A stretch of 62,720 bases of DNA, filler included. It is 11 parts of 11 records of this genome, joined end to end, with 100 filler letters (N's around TTAATTAATTAA, not from the genome) between each part and the next. Parts side by side here need not be neighbours in the genome. Positions count along the whole stretch, not along the records: positions 23,887 to 26,835 come from SRR11831586_68; positions 26,936 to 34,732 come from SRR11831586_74; positions 34,833 to 38,633 come from SRR11831586_75; positions 38,734 to 41,294 come from SRR11831586_78; 7 more parts are not named here. One strand, 5' to 3'. The notes beneath the pieces were generated by a model. The model made no database searches, was not told where the DNA came from, and saw only the letters and a program-made list of their open reading frames with translations. This document shows, in pieces, positions 26,320 through 41,394 of this stretch; within the stretch, counting starts at the first letter, position 1; each line of letters begins with the position of its first letter. The position numbers and the translations under genes were made by a program.

Positions 26320-26835
26320 ATGCAAAATAAATTAGCTTCCGGTGCCAGGCTTGGACGTCAGGCGTTACTTTTCCCTCTCTGTCTGGTGCTTTACGAATTT
26401 TCAACCTATATCGGCAACGATATGATTCAACCCGGTATGTTGGCCGTGGTGGAACAATATCAGGCGGGCATTGATTGGGTTCCTACTTCGATGACCGCGT
26501 ATCTGGCGGGCGGGATGTTTTTACAATGGCTGCTGGGGCCGCTGTCGGATCGTATTGGTCGCCGTCCGGTGATGCTGGCGGGAGTGGTGTGGTTTATCGT
26601 CACCTGTCTGGCAATATTGCTGGCGCAAAACATTGAACAATTCACCCTGTTGCGCTTCTTGCAGGGCATAAGCCTCTGTTTCATTGGCGCTGTGGGATAC
26701 GCCGCAATTCAGGAATCCTTCGAAGAGGCGGTTTGTATCAAGATCACCGCGCTGATGGCGAACGTGGCGCTGATTGCTCCGCTACTTGGTCCGCTGGTGG
26801 GCGCGGCGTGGATCCATGTGCTGCCCTGGGAGGGG
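26320..26835 (+). CDS. mdfA: multidrug efflux MFS transporter (3' truncated)
   Basis: Starts [25 protein letters not shown] motif A. Confidence 0.96.
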
Positions 26836-26935
26836 NNNNNNNNNNNNNNNNNNNNNNNNNNNNNNNNNNNNNNNNNNNNTTAATTAATTAANNNNNNNNN
26901 NNNNNNNNNNNNNNNNNNNNNNNNNNNNNNNNNNN

Positions 26936-26964
26936 ATGCGGCGCGAGCGCCTTATCCGGCCTAC
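26936..26964. repeat. REP element (contig edge)
   Basis: ATGCGGCGCGAGCGCCTTATCCGGCCTAC. Confidence 0.88.
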
Positions 26965-26989
26965 GAATCGGCATCAGGCATAGCAACCC

Positions 26990-27946
26990 TCAATACCCCA
27001 TATTTTTCTTCTTCTCTAATTCTTCTTTTGCGGTATCAGGCAGGTAAAGGGTGGATTTGGTTAACGTCAGCTTTTCAGGCATGGTGCCGTCTTTTTTGTA
27101 TTTCTCCAGCGCGTCGAAGGCGGGACCTGCCATATTCGGCGTCAGTTCAACACTGGCGTTCGCTTCGCCATCCATCATCGCTTTGTAGATGTCCGGTACA
27201 CCGTCAATGGAACCCGTGAGGATATCTTTGCCCGGTTTCAGGCCCGCTTCTTTAATTGCCTGAATTGCACCAATCACCATGTCGTCGTTATGGGCGTAAA
27301 CCATGCAGATGTTTTTGCCGTTGTTTTCCGCTTTGATAAAGCTCTCCATGACTTCTTTGCCTTTACTGCGGGTGAAGTCACCTGACTGCGAGCGGATGAT
27401 TTTGATATTTGGCGCATTCTTAATGGCTTCGGCAAAGCCTTTCTTACGGTCAATGGCGACGCTGGCCCCAACGGTGCCCTGCAGCTCCACCACGTTGCAT
27501 GGTTTGCCATTCACTTCTTTTACCAGCCAGTCACCAATCAACTTGCCTTCGAGGATGTTGTCGGCAGTGACGGTGGTCATATAGAGAGATTTGTCTTTCA
27601 CATCAATGGAACGATCGAGCAAGAATACCGGGATTTCGGCATCTTTCGCCTCTTTTAATACCGGTTCCCAACCTGTCGCGACCACCGGAGCGATAAAGAT
27701 CGCATCCACCCCTTGTGCAACGAAGGAACGTACCGCTTTAATCTGGTTTTCCTGCTTTTGCTGACCATCGGCAATTTTCAACGTGATTCCGCGCTTTTCG
27801 GCTTCACTTTTCGCCACATTGGTTTCTGCGGCACGCCAGCCTGATTCCGATCCGACCTGCGAAAATCCAACGGTTAATGGAGCGGCCAACGCCATAGACG
27901 ACATGGCTGCCGAGACTGCAGAGACTATAAGTAAGCGTTTCCACAT
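26990..27946 (-). CDS. ytfQ: galactofuranose ABC transporter binding protein
   Basis: 318 aa periplasmic sugar-binding protein, divergent from ppa. Confidence 0.95.
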   Translation of the reverse strand: MWKRLLIVSAVSAAMSSMALAAPLTVGFSQVGSESGWRAAETNVAKSEAEKRGITLKIADGQQKQENQIKAVRSFVAQGVDAIFIAPVVATGWEPVLKEAKDAEIPVFLLDRSIDVKDKSLYMTTVTADNILEGKLIGDWLVKEVNGKPCNVVELQGTVGASVAIDRKKGFAEAIKNAPNIKIIRSQSGDFTRSKGKEVMESFIKAENNGKNICMVYAHNDDMVIGAIQAIKEAGLKPGKDILTGSIDGVPDIYKAMMDGEANASVELTPNMAGPAFDALEKYKKDGTMPEKLTLTKSTLYLPDTAKEELEKKKNMGY

Positions 27947-28255
27947 AGGGTTGTCCTCGTCGGGGTAGTTATTATTGGTTAAAAGATGTTCGCGAAAAAA
28001 CTATAGACAATTCGTTATGTAACAGATTGCGTTACATCACACTTCAAAAAAGTAAATAAAACGTTAATCACAAGTTTGTAATCGCTTTCATCTCACTATG
28101 AAAAATGCGGCTACGGTTATGGATTTTCCTGCTCTGTATACCGTCTTAAAACTGGTGAAAAAGGAAAATGAAGACGAAAACAAGCGAAGACATTCGGCGC
28201 GAGTTGGCTATAATACTCGGCACTTGTTTGCCACATATTTTTAAAGGAAACAGAC

Positions 28256-28786
28256 ATGAGCTTACTCAACGTCCCTGCGGGTAAAGATCTGCCGGAAGAC
28301 ATCTACGTTGTTATTGAGATCCCGGCTAACGCAGATCCGATCAAATACGAAATCGACAAAGAGAGCGGCGCACTGTTCGTTGACCGCTTCATGTCCACCG
28401 CGATGTTCTATCCATGCAACTACGGTTACATCAACCACACCCTGTCTCTGGACGGTGACCCGGTTGACGTACTGGTCCCAACTCCGTACCCGCTGCAGCC
28501 GGGTTCTGTGATCCGTTGCCGTCCGGTTGGCGTTCTGAAAATGACCGACGAAGCCGGTGAAGATGCGAAACTGGTTGCGGTTCCGCACAGCAAGCTGAGC
28601 AAAGAATACGATCACATTAAAGACGTTAACGATCTGCCTGAACTGCTGAAAGCGCAAATCGCTCACTTCTTCGAGCACTACAAAGACCTCGAAAAAGGCA
28701 AGTGGGTGAAAGTTGAAGGTTGGGAAAACGCAGAAGCCGCTAAAGCTGAAATCGTTGCCTCCTTCGAGCGCGCAAAGAATAAATAA
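28256..28786 (+). CDS. ppa: inorganic pyrophosphatase
   Basis: 176 aa, DGDPVD motif. Confidence 0.99.
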   Translation: MSLLNVPAGKDLPEDIYVVIEIPANADPIKYEIDKESGALFVDRFMSTAMFYPCNYGYINHTLSLDGDPVDVLVPTPYPLQPGSVIRCRPVGVLKMTDEAGEDAKLVAVPHSKLSKEYDHIKDVNDLPELLKAQIAHFFEHYKDLEKGKWVKVEGWENAEAAKAEIVASFERAKNK

Positions 28787-28865
28787 GTTCTTCTGGCGTA
28801 ATAACCCTGAACGCCGGGCTTCGGTTAGTAAGGGTTTTTTTATGCCCGCGATAAATAAACACACC

Positions 28866-29216
28866 TTATTCCACCACCGCCTGCAAGCGTAATAACGCCT
28901 CTTCCACCACCTCATCCGCAGCCAGACCAATACGCTTTGCCAGCCGGGCGTGTAGATCCATCATCCGCACCTGATTCACCAGCACCACGCCGTGCACATC
29001 GCCTTCTTCGCAATGTAAAGGAACGCTAAATCCGGCATAACGGGCAAAATTTCCGCCCTGCGTAATGGGGGCCACCAGCGTCATTCCCAGTTGATTAAAG
29101 GCTTGAACGGAGAGCACAAGCGCAGGTCGACCAGCACCTTGCTGTTCATGGCCGCTTGCTGGATCAAAGCCAACCAGCACAATGTCTCCCCGTTCAAATT
29201 CACTTTTCTTTACCAT
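28866..29216 (-). CDS. chpB: MazF-family mRNA interferase toxin
   Basis: 116 aa PemK/MazF-type sequence, GHEQQGAGRPALV. Confidence 0.97.
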   Translation of the reverse strand: MVKKSEFERGDIVLVGFDPASGHEQQGAGRPALVLSVQAFNQLGMTLVAPITQGGNFARYAGFSVPLHCEEGDVHGVVLVNQVRMMDLHARLAKRIGLAADEVVEEALLRLQAVVE

Positions 29217-29461
29217 ATTTCGTCACCCGCAGGGGTGGATTTACCCCAGACATCCTGCTCGCTAAGTTCCGCGGCGTTCATGTCACACTGTGCCAGCAGT
29301 TCATCAAGCGAGTAGCGCCTGGAGATGGGTGTCAGAATCAGTTGATTGTTGCTCACTTGCGCCTCCACGCTCTGCCCCGGCTGTAAGTTAAGTTCTTTCA
29401 TTACGATATTGGGAATGACCATACCTGCACTGTTCCCCCATCTTTTTATGGTAATACGCAT
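29210..29461 (-). CDS. chpS: MazE-family antitoxin
   Basis: MRITIKRWGNS AbrB-type N-terminus, overlaps chpB. Confidence 0.96.
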   Translation of the reverse strand: MRITIKRWGNSAGMVIPNIVMKELNLQPGQSVEAQVSNNQLILTPISRRYSLDELLAQCDMNAAELSEQDVWGKSTPAGDEIW

Positions 29462-29672
29462 CTGCACCTCCTTAAGTTATACAAAGTATAACTCACGGTG
29501 CTACAGGAAACGTTTTACCCCTGCGCATTTGTGAATGCCAGCAGAGTTTTTTATGCGTTAATAGATATGGAAAGCGGCTCGGAGAGAAAAGCAAAAGGTG
29601 AGGGAATTACAAAACAGAATGCGAGTCGTCTCGCAAAAAACAACGCCACCCGAAGGTGGCGTATGCATATGG

Positions 29673-30014
29673 TTACTTATCCCTGTCTAACCAGTCGCCG
29701 CTTTCAATTAGCTTTAATCCATCGACGGGTCGTTGATAAACGTACATCCATGCACTCCCGTACGGCGTCTGAATCAACTGGCGCGCGTATTCACCGCCCC
29801 TGGTGCGCAAGGCATCAAGTTCGGCCAGCGTGGCGTTGTCAATACGATAAACTTCACCGTGTACCGTTCCGTTCCCCGGAACTGCGCCTGGATAGTGGCC
29901 CAGGCTATACAACTGGTAGTTATCGATACTGAAATCGCCCAGTAACTGGGCATTGGTCATCCAGTGACTGTTGCCTTGTTTGTGGCGTAAACTGCCGTAG
30001 ACAAATATTCGCAT
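29673..30014 (-). CDS. ytfP: gamma-glutamylcyclotransferase family protein
   Basis: FVYGSL motif, 113 aa. Confidence 0.95.
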   Translation of the reverse strand: MRIFVYGSLRHKQGNSHWMTNAQLLGDFSIDNYQLYSLGHYPGAVPGNGTVHGEVYRIDNATLAELDALRTRGGEYARQLIQTPYGSAWMYVYQRPVDGLKLIESGDWLDRDK

Positions 30015-30016
30015 TG

Positions 30017-34732
<4,716 letters not shown>

Positions 34733-34832
34733 NNNNNNNNNNNNNNNNNNNNNNNNNNNNNNNNNNNNNNNNNNNNTTAATTAATTAANNNNNNNNNNNN
34801 NNNNNNNNNNNNNNNNNNNNNNNNNNNNNNNN

Positions 34833-34863
34833 TGATAAGACGCGCAAGCGTCGCATCAGGCAT
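34833..34863. repeat. REP element (contig edge)
   Basis: TGATAAGACGCGCAAGCGTCGCATCAGGCA. Confidence 0.88.
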
Positions 34864-34895
34864 CTGCGCACAAATGCCTTATCCGCCTAAAAACA

Positions 34896-36167
34896 TTAAA
34901 CCCGCAATAACGCGCTTCCGAAATAATCGTTCGCGTCCTTCACCCCCGGCAGCGCAAAAAAATAACCGCCGCCGATAGGTTTAACGTATTCCTCCAGCGC
35001 TTCGCCATTGAGCCTTTTTTGTACTGTCAGGAAGCCTTTTTCCAGATCGTGTTGGTAGCAGACAAACAGCAACCCCATATCCAGTTGCCCGGAGTTGGTG
35101 ACGCCCAGTGAATAACTGTAGCCACGACGCAGCATCAGGCTGGACTCACTCTCCGCCGTGCGGGGATTCGCCAGCCGGATATGGCTGTCCAGCGCGATCA
35201 CCTTCCCTTCCGGGTCGCTGGCGTAATCAGGCACATCATGCTCATGCTGCATTCCCAGCGGCGCACCGGTTTGCTTATCACGGCCAAAAATCGTCTGCTG
35301 TTCTTTCAGCGGCGTTCTGTCCCAAAATTCCACTCGAAACTGAATCAAGCGTACTGCCTGATAGCTGCCACCGATTGTCCACGCAGGCTCCTGCTGATCT
35401 GCCGTTACCCACACCACTTTTTGCATCAACTTATCATTCTGGCTATCGGGATTGGCAGTGCCGTCTTTGAAACCCAGCAAATTAATCGGCGTCTCTTTGC
35501 CTTTACTACGCGCCGCGTGATCGGAAATAAACCCTTCCCGCTTCCAGCGCACACTGAGCAAATCCGGCGTGTGTTTGATGATATCGCGCAGCGCATGGAT
35601 AACCGTGTCCTGGGTGTTGGCGCAAATCTGTAGCAACACATCACCATGACATAACGCCGCATCCAGCGAGTCGTTGGGGAAACGCGTCATCTTCTGCAGC
35701 TTTTTTGGCATCTGTGGCGCAAGGCCAAAGCGCTCATCAAACAATGAGTGACCCACCGATAACGTGATGGTGAGATTATCGGGCGCAATGTAGCCGCCAA
35801 GAATGCCGGAATCGAGTGGTGGCAGGCGCGGATTTGGCGTTTCTGGTGCTGCTCCGCCCTGAGTCAGAAAAGCAAAACGCTGAGTCAACAAGCGAAACAA
35901 CCGCTCAAGATCGGCTTTATCGCTGGCAAGCACATCAAACGCCACCAGCATCATTGCGGCCTGTTGTGGCGTCAGGATCCCTGCCTGATGCTCACCATAA
36001 AACGGCTGTTTCTCATTGCGAGCATCCGGTGAAAGCGTACCCGGCGCACTTTGCGTTTTTTGTGCATGAGCGACCGGACAACTTCCCGCCAGCGCCAGTG
36101 CACCTATCACTTTCAGTAAACGTCGGCGTGACGGTTCATTCACGCCGTTTTCATCTTTATACTGCAT
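34896..36167 (-). CDS. efeB: Tat-exported DyP-type peroxidase / deferrochelatase
   Basis: SRRRLL Tat signal, GFKDGT DyP motif. Confidence 0.97.
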   Translation of the reverse strand: MQYKDENGVNEPSRRRLLKVIGALALAGSCPVAHAQKTQSAPGTLSPDARNEKQPFYGEHQAGILTPQQAAMMLVAFDVLASDKADLERLFRLLTQRFAFLTQGGAAPETPNPRLPPLDSGILGGYIAPDNLTITLSVGHSLFDERFGLAPQMPKKLQKMTRFPNDSLDAALCHGDVLLQICANTQDTVIHALRDIIKHTPDLLSVRWKREGFISDHAARSKGKETPINLLGFKDGTANPDSQNDKLMQKVVWVTADQQEPAWTIGGSYQAVRLIQFRVEFWDRTPLKEQQTIFGRDKQTGAPLGMQHEHDVPDYASDPEGKVIALDSHIRLANPRTAESESSLMLRRGYSYSLGVTNSGQLDMGLLFVCYQHDLEKGFLTVQKRLNGEALEEYVKPIGGGYFFALPGVKDANDYFGSALLRV

Positions 36168-36172
36168 AACGC

Positions 36173-37300
36173 TTAATCCAGTCCCAGCACACCGCGAAGT
36201 TGCGCCAGATCTTCCGCCAGCGCAGTAATCGGTCCTTTCAGTGCATTCCGGTCGGCATCGGTCAATTTGTCGTAGGTTTCAAAACCGTCTTTAGTACGGT
36301 ATTTCGCCAGAATGGTATCGACCTTTTTAAAGTTGGCATCGACTTTTGCCAGCAGTTCCGGGTTGGCTTTTTGCAGTTGTGGACGCAGCAAATCGACAAT
36401 TTTCTGCGAGCCTTCAACGTTAGCCTGGAAATCCCACAGATCGGTGTGGCTGTAGCGATCTTCTTCACCGCTAATTTTGCTGGCTGCCACTTCCTCAATC
36501 AGTCCGGCTGCGCCGCCGACCACTTTTGAAGGTGGGAAAGCCAGTTCACTGATGCGTTTTTGCAAATCGACCACATCGGTATAAAGCTGCTCAGCGTACT
36601 GATCCATCCCTTTGGTGGTGTTGTCGCCAAACAATGCTTTTTCCAGACGGTGGAAACCAGTGAATTTTGGGTCGGCGGCTTTTTGCTCGTAATCATCTTC
36701 ACGGGCGTCAATGCTGCCATCCAGATCGGAGAACAGTTCAGCAATCGGTTCAATACGCTCATAGTGCTGGCGCGTCGGTGCATACAGTGCTTTCGCTTTT
36801 TCGATATCGCCTGCTTTAATCGCGTCGGTAAAGGCTTTGGTGTCGGTCACCAGCTGCGTGGTTTCCGCCATGACATACGCTTTATATGCAGTAATTGCAC
36901 CACCAAGACTTAACAGCGCATCACTTTGCGCCGCATCCGCCGTTGCCTCACCTTTGACGATCAACTTCCCTTTCGGGTTAGTCAGCAGACCGCAGGTCAT
37001 ATCGTATTCGCCAGGCTGTAAATTCGCCGTCATTTTCTGGCTAAAGCCAGGGGCGATATTTTCCCGCTCTTCCACCACCATCACGCCTTTGAGGATCTCC
37101 CACTCCAGCGCCTTCTGGCTGTGGTTCTGAATAATGAACTGTGTTTTCCCGGCGTTAACCGTAATGGTCATCGGTTCGCACTGCTTATCCGTCACGGTCA
37201 CTTTGACCTGCGGCACATCAGCGGCGTTAGCCATAAAAGCAGAAGAAAACAGCGCAGCCACGCTCAACTGCAATGCGTTACGGCGGAAGTTAATGGTCAT
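36173..37300 (-). CDS. efeO: iron uptake periplasmic component
   Basis: 375 aa, cupredoxin plus imelysin-like domain. Confidence 0.97.
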   Translation of the reverse strand: MTINFRRNALQLSVAALFSSAFMANAADVPQVKVTVTDKQCEPMTITVNAGKTQFIIQNHSQKALEWEILKGVMVVEERENIAPGFSQKMTANLQPGEYDMTCGLLTNPKGKLIVKGEATADAAQSDALLSLGGAITAYKAYVMAETTQLVTDTKAFTDAIKAGDIEKAKALYAPTRQHYERIEPIAELFSDLDGSIDAREDDYEQKAADPKFTGFHRLEKALFGDNTTKGMDQYAEQLYTDVVDLQKRISELAFPPSKVVGGAAGLIEEVAASKISGEEDRYSHTDLWDFQANVEGSQKIVDLLRPQLQKANPELLAKVDANFKKVDTILAKYRTKDGFETYDKLTDADRNALKGPITALAEDLAQLRGVLGLD

Positions 37301-37357
37301 GACGAGACTATCCCTTTAAAGTATGTTGTAACTAAGCAAGAGTTTGCGTCGTATTTG

Positions 37358-38187
37358 TTACGCGGAGCGAGACGCTGTCGCCCCTGCGCGTGGTGGCAGA
37401 GCAAATGCCACCAGCGCCGGGATGAGATAAATAAACCAGACGGCGACTTCGCTGACGCTCGGCGCTTCCTGATAGCCAAAAATCCCTTCCATCAGCGTGC
37501 CAAACAGCGAGTGAGTTGAGAGCACCGCACTCATATCGAAGGCGATTTCCTGAAAGTGGTTCCACAATCCGGCTTCATGAAATGCGCGAATGGCACCAGC
37601 TGCCAGCCCTGCGGCGACGAAGAGAATAAACAGGCTGGTCCATTTAAAAAATGCACCAAGATTGAGGCGAATACCGCCCCAGTAGAGCAGGAAGCCTAGC
37701 ACCACGGCAGTAGCAAGACCGAGCATTGCACCCAGCGGCGGCCAGATCCCGACATCTTGTTGAAATGCCGCCAGCAGGAAAAAGACCGACTCCAGCCCTT
37801 CCCTTGCAACGGCAAAAAAGACCATCATCACCAGCGCCCAGCCATGATGATTTCCACGCTGCAATGCGCTATCGACTGCCTGTTCCAGTTGCACTTTGAC
37901 GTTGCGCGACACTTTGCGCATCCAGAAAACCATCCAGGTAAGGATCACCACGGCGATCACCGCCACGATACCTTCAAACAGTTCCTGTTCTTTTTGCGGA
38001 AATTCGCCGGTGGTTTCGTTAATGAAGATACCCAAGCCCAGGCACAACGCAGCGGCAAGCAACACGCCAATCCACATCACACAATCCATCGGCCTCGCTG
38101 GGTACGCTTAAGATAGCTGGCAATCAAACTGACAATCAGCGCGGCTTCAAGTCCTTCGCGCAACATAATGAGAAACGGAACAAACAT
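37358..38187 (-). pseudogene. efeU: ferrous iron permease split by a frameshift near 38082 (known K-12 lesion)
   Basis: MFVPFLIMLREGLEA in one frame, remainder with REGLES in another. Confidence 0.92.
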
Positions 38188-38246
38188 GCCACCCACCCTT
38201 AAACGTTTTTCTGAGTCAATCTATGCAAAGAAAAGTAAATCGCAGT

Positions 38247-38265
38247 GATAGCGATTATCATTACG
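38247..38265. promoter_or_regulatory. Fur box upstream of efeUOB
   Basis: GATAGCGATTATCATTACG, 14/19 match to GATAATGATAATCATTATC. Confidence 0.75.
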
Positions 38266-38396
38266 GCAAAGAAAAACACAAGCGGAATGTTTATAAAATG
38301 ATGTTGGAATGTAAACAAAGAGAGGTAATGCCAAGGGATATAAACGATTATTCCAGGGTAGAAAGATGGGATTGTTTGCAAAGAACCATGTGTTCT

Positions 38397-38430
38397 TGCC
38401 GGATGCCGCGTAAACGCCGTATCCAGCCGA
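38397..38430. repeat. REP-like element
   Basis: TGCCGGATGCCGCGTAAACGCCGTATCCAGCCGAC. Confidence 0.75.
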
Positions 38431-38755
38431 CAAAACTGTCCAGACTCAATGCATCAGAGCTTCCATGTAAAACTGATAAGCGGGTGTATCAAGCAATTTC
38501 GTCCATCCGCGATTATCAAATCTAACTTTTTGCCCGGAACATAATAACAGCTCGGGTGTTGGTGGCGTCAAAATCGCTGAAGCGTTCCCCGAAGGCCGGG
38601 ACAGCAGGGGGCGGCGGCGATTGGCCGCCCCCTNNNNNNNNNNNNNNNNNNNNNNNNNNNNNNNNNNNNNNNNNNNNTTAATTAATTAANNNNNNNNNNN
38701 NNNNNNNNNNNNNNNNNNNNNNNNNNNNNNNNNAAGAGATAGGGGGGATCCGTAC

Positions 38756-40253
38756 CAAGCACAGCAGCGCCAGAGAAGCCAGCTCCTGGTTGTGTGCAAC
38801 ATCCAACAGATACAGAAACTGGAGATAGTCGCCACCCACTGCCTCCAACCATGACTGAAGCATCAGCATGCAGTGCCGCTTAACCATAGGGCTCCTGCGA
38901 TTAACATCACACAAAGAAACACACACATAGACACAGACACAGACACCAACACTGGATGAGATACCCGGCCGTGGAAGCGAACAAGCGACTCTTAAATCAC
39001 CTGTGCATTGACCAGTGACCAGTGTTGCTGTTCACAAGCTCGATGGAGAAGCAGGAAAGAAAGACACAAAAGATAAAAGGATGAGGAGCTTTTCGTGTTG
39101 CAGATGAGCGTGTATCACATTAATATGATACACGTACCGGTCCTTCAGTCCGTCATTCAACAGCGCCACACGCTGGGTCACAGTCAATTTCTTGACCGAT
39201 CGCTTCTGTTGAATGGTGGTGTACACGTATTTTCGCACGTGGTCACTGACATCGCGCGCCCGACGCAGGACCGCGTTCAGGGACGCAGGCGTGTCCACCT
39301 GAATGAACTGCAGTACTGTCTTGCGCACATCACTGCGCAATAAAGAATCAATAAATGACAGCACAAACACACGCACGCACCATGCAACAATAACACACAC
39401 GCAGGACGTACACGCGTGGACGCAGCCCACACCAAGGGTAAAACACGATAAATCCACCACTCGAAACCCCCCATCCATCGATGGCACGCAACGCACCGGC
39501 TTTCGTCAGTTTCGAGAATGGTCAAATACGCCTGGGTGACGGGGTCTGCGGGCGAGGAAGGGTCCTGCAGGCGTGAGAGGGCCTGTGCGCTAAAGAGACG
39601 CACAACAGGAATCTTGTCGTCCGTGCGTGCCAGCAGCTTCTCCAACAACAGATTGCAGAGGTCCTCGCTACGGGACGAGAGAAAGAAGAAACACAAGAGA
39701 GAGAGAGGGAGAGACAACAAACGTGAGAAAACGCTGGTGCATTGATAATATACGAGACAGGAGTAAACTGAAAACCAACAGAAAGCGGTCGAGCATTCGT
39801 ACGGTGGGCACGACGCGGCAAAGAGACGTACCTCAGGTCCATATCATCGGGGAGGGCATGGAGAACCTCCGCCAGAATCTGGCAGCACCGAAAGCGGACC
39901 GATTTTTCATCTGCGTCCGAGTTGTCCAGAAGATAGCGCATCAGCACATCCTGCGATGTTATTCGTCAGAGCACCGAGATTGGGAACAATAAGCGCACTG
40001 CATACCACAAACTGGTCGCGCACTTCTCCCTCACCCACTTGAGTCGCAAACGTGCGGATGAATTTCACCACTCGTTCCACAGCCGGCTCGCGTTCGTACA
40101 CAGCAAGAACTTGGTTCACACAGGAGATAAAATCCTTAAAAAATTGACGGGGTCTTTCGCAAATTCAGCCTTCAGCTTCGTCGTGCATTTTCGATGCACA
40201 GCCAATGAGGACTGACACTCGTCAAATATTTCCGCAACCGCTGTCGGTGCCAT
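38756..40253 (-). CDS. eukaryotic condensin I subunit CAP-G (NCAPG/Ycg1), 5' part. Exons 40253-40006, 39950-39832, 39667-39497, 39332-39138, 38894-38756. Apparent 1-nt frameshift in the T-run at about 40138-40143
   Basis: Spliced reading MAPTAVAEIFDECQSS..YEREPAVERVVKF..DEKSVRFRCCQIL..DKIPVVR..ALSRLQD..RARDVSDHVR..GLKDRS matches the CAP-G HEAT-repeat N-terminus; GT-AG introns of 55, 164, 164 and 243 nt keep frame. Confidence 0.88.
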
Positions 40254-40502
40254 TCCCTACTTACTATAACCGAGCCGACAACCAATGATCAGCGGGAGCG
40301 GTGAACAGCGAAATTGAACCGAGGGATTTCAAATGTGGCGCCTCCACTTTTTTCCTATGGTGGAGCGGCGTATCTATCTGCTGTCAGATATTTCGTGGAC
40401 TCGATCTCTGGAAACGAGCCTGCATGCTGAAGCCGAAAAGTGAAACGAACTTGTTCCTTTTCAATTGAACTGTGGTGCGGCTAAACCACTAACAAAGTGA
40501 AA

Positions 40503-41218
40503 ATGTCGGCAGATATCGGTGTGGTAGGTCTTGCAGTCATGGGCAGCAATTTGGTGCTGAACATGGAGGACCACGGTTTCACCGTGGCTGTTCACAACCG
40601 AACAACGAAAGTGGTGGACGATTTCCTCGCCGGACAAGGCAAGGGTCGTAAATTGATTGGATGCCAATCCCTGGCAGATCTAGCGAAGGCACTGAAAAAG
40701 CCTCGCCGTGTGCTCCTGATGGTTCGCGCTGGCGATGCTGTGGACAGGTACTTGTCCCTGCCTTGTACTGTCTTACTGGCTCATACTCATCTTACGCAGC
40801 AACATCAAGCAACTGCAAGAGTATTTCGAACCCGGAGACATCATCATCGACGGCGGCAATTCTGACTTCCACGATACCGAACGCCGTGTCGCTGAATGCG
40901 AGGCCAAGGGATATCACTTTGTCGGCATGGGTGTTTCGGGAGGCGAGGAAGGCGCTCGCTACGGTCCCTCTCTGATGCCTGGTACGCTTTTGCCGATGAT
41001 TTCATCTCTCTGCTTCTCGATTCGTGGCGCATCTCCGTCCCCCTTGTACTGATCTTTGCGCAGGTGGTTCGTCTGCTGCGTGGCCCTTCATCAAGGACAT
41101 CTGCCAGTCCATCGCGGCGAAGGTCGGGGACGAGCCCTGCTGTGACTGGGTGGGCAACGGCGGTGCGGGACACTTTGTCAAGATGGTGCACAACGGCATC
41201 GAGTACGGCGATATGCAG
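40503..41218 (+). CDS. eukaryotic 6-phosphogluconate dehydrogenase, 5' part. Exons 40503-40747, 40800-40981, 41064-41218
   Basis: GLAVMG Rossmann motif, [34 protein letters not shown] introns of 52 and 82 nt; third intron runs to the contig end. Confidence 0.95.
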
Positions 41219-41263
41219 GTGCGCGTCCTCACACACCTCATCATTACGGTCACTGACAAACTT

Positions 41264-41294
41264 GTGTGTCTCTGTCTCTGTCTCTCTCTCTCTC
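41264..41294. repeat. intronic (TG)/(TC) microsatellite at contig end
   Basis: GTGTGTCTCTGTCTCTGTCTCTCTCTCTCTC. Confidence 0.8.
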
Positions 41295-41394
41295 NNNNNN
41301 NNNNNNNNNNNNNNNNNNNNNNNNNNNNNNNNNNNNNNTTAATTAATTAANNNNNNNNNNNNNNNNNNNNNNNNNNNNNNNNNNNNNNNNNNNN

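Noticed and set aside
39333..39831. Two consecutive CAP-G introns both exactly 164 nt (possible introner elements)
   Set aside because: They share no evident sequence similarity, terminal repeats or target duplications, so the match is probably coincidence.
38634..41394. Horizontal transfer between E. coli and a eukaryote
   Set aside because: The eukaryotic contigs are bounded by artificial spacers, with no sequence continuity to the bacterial DNA.
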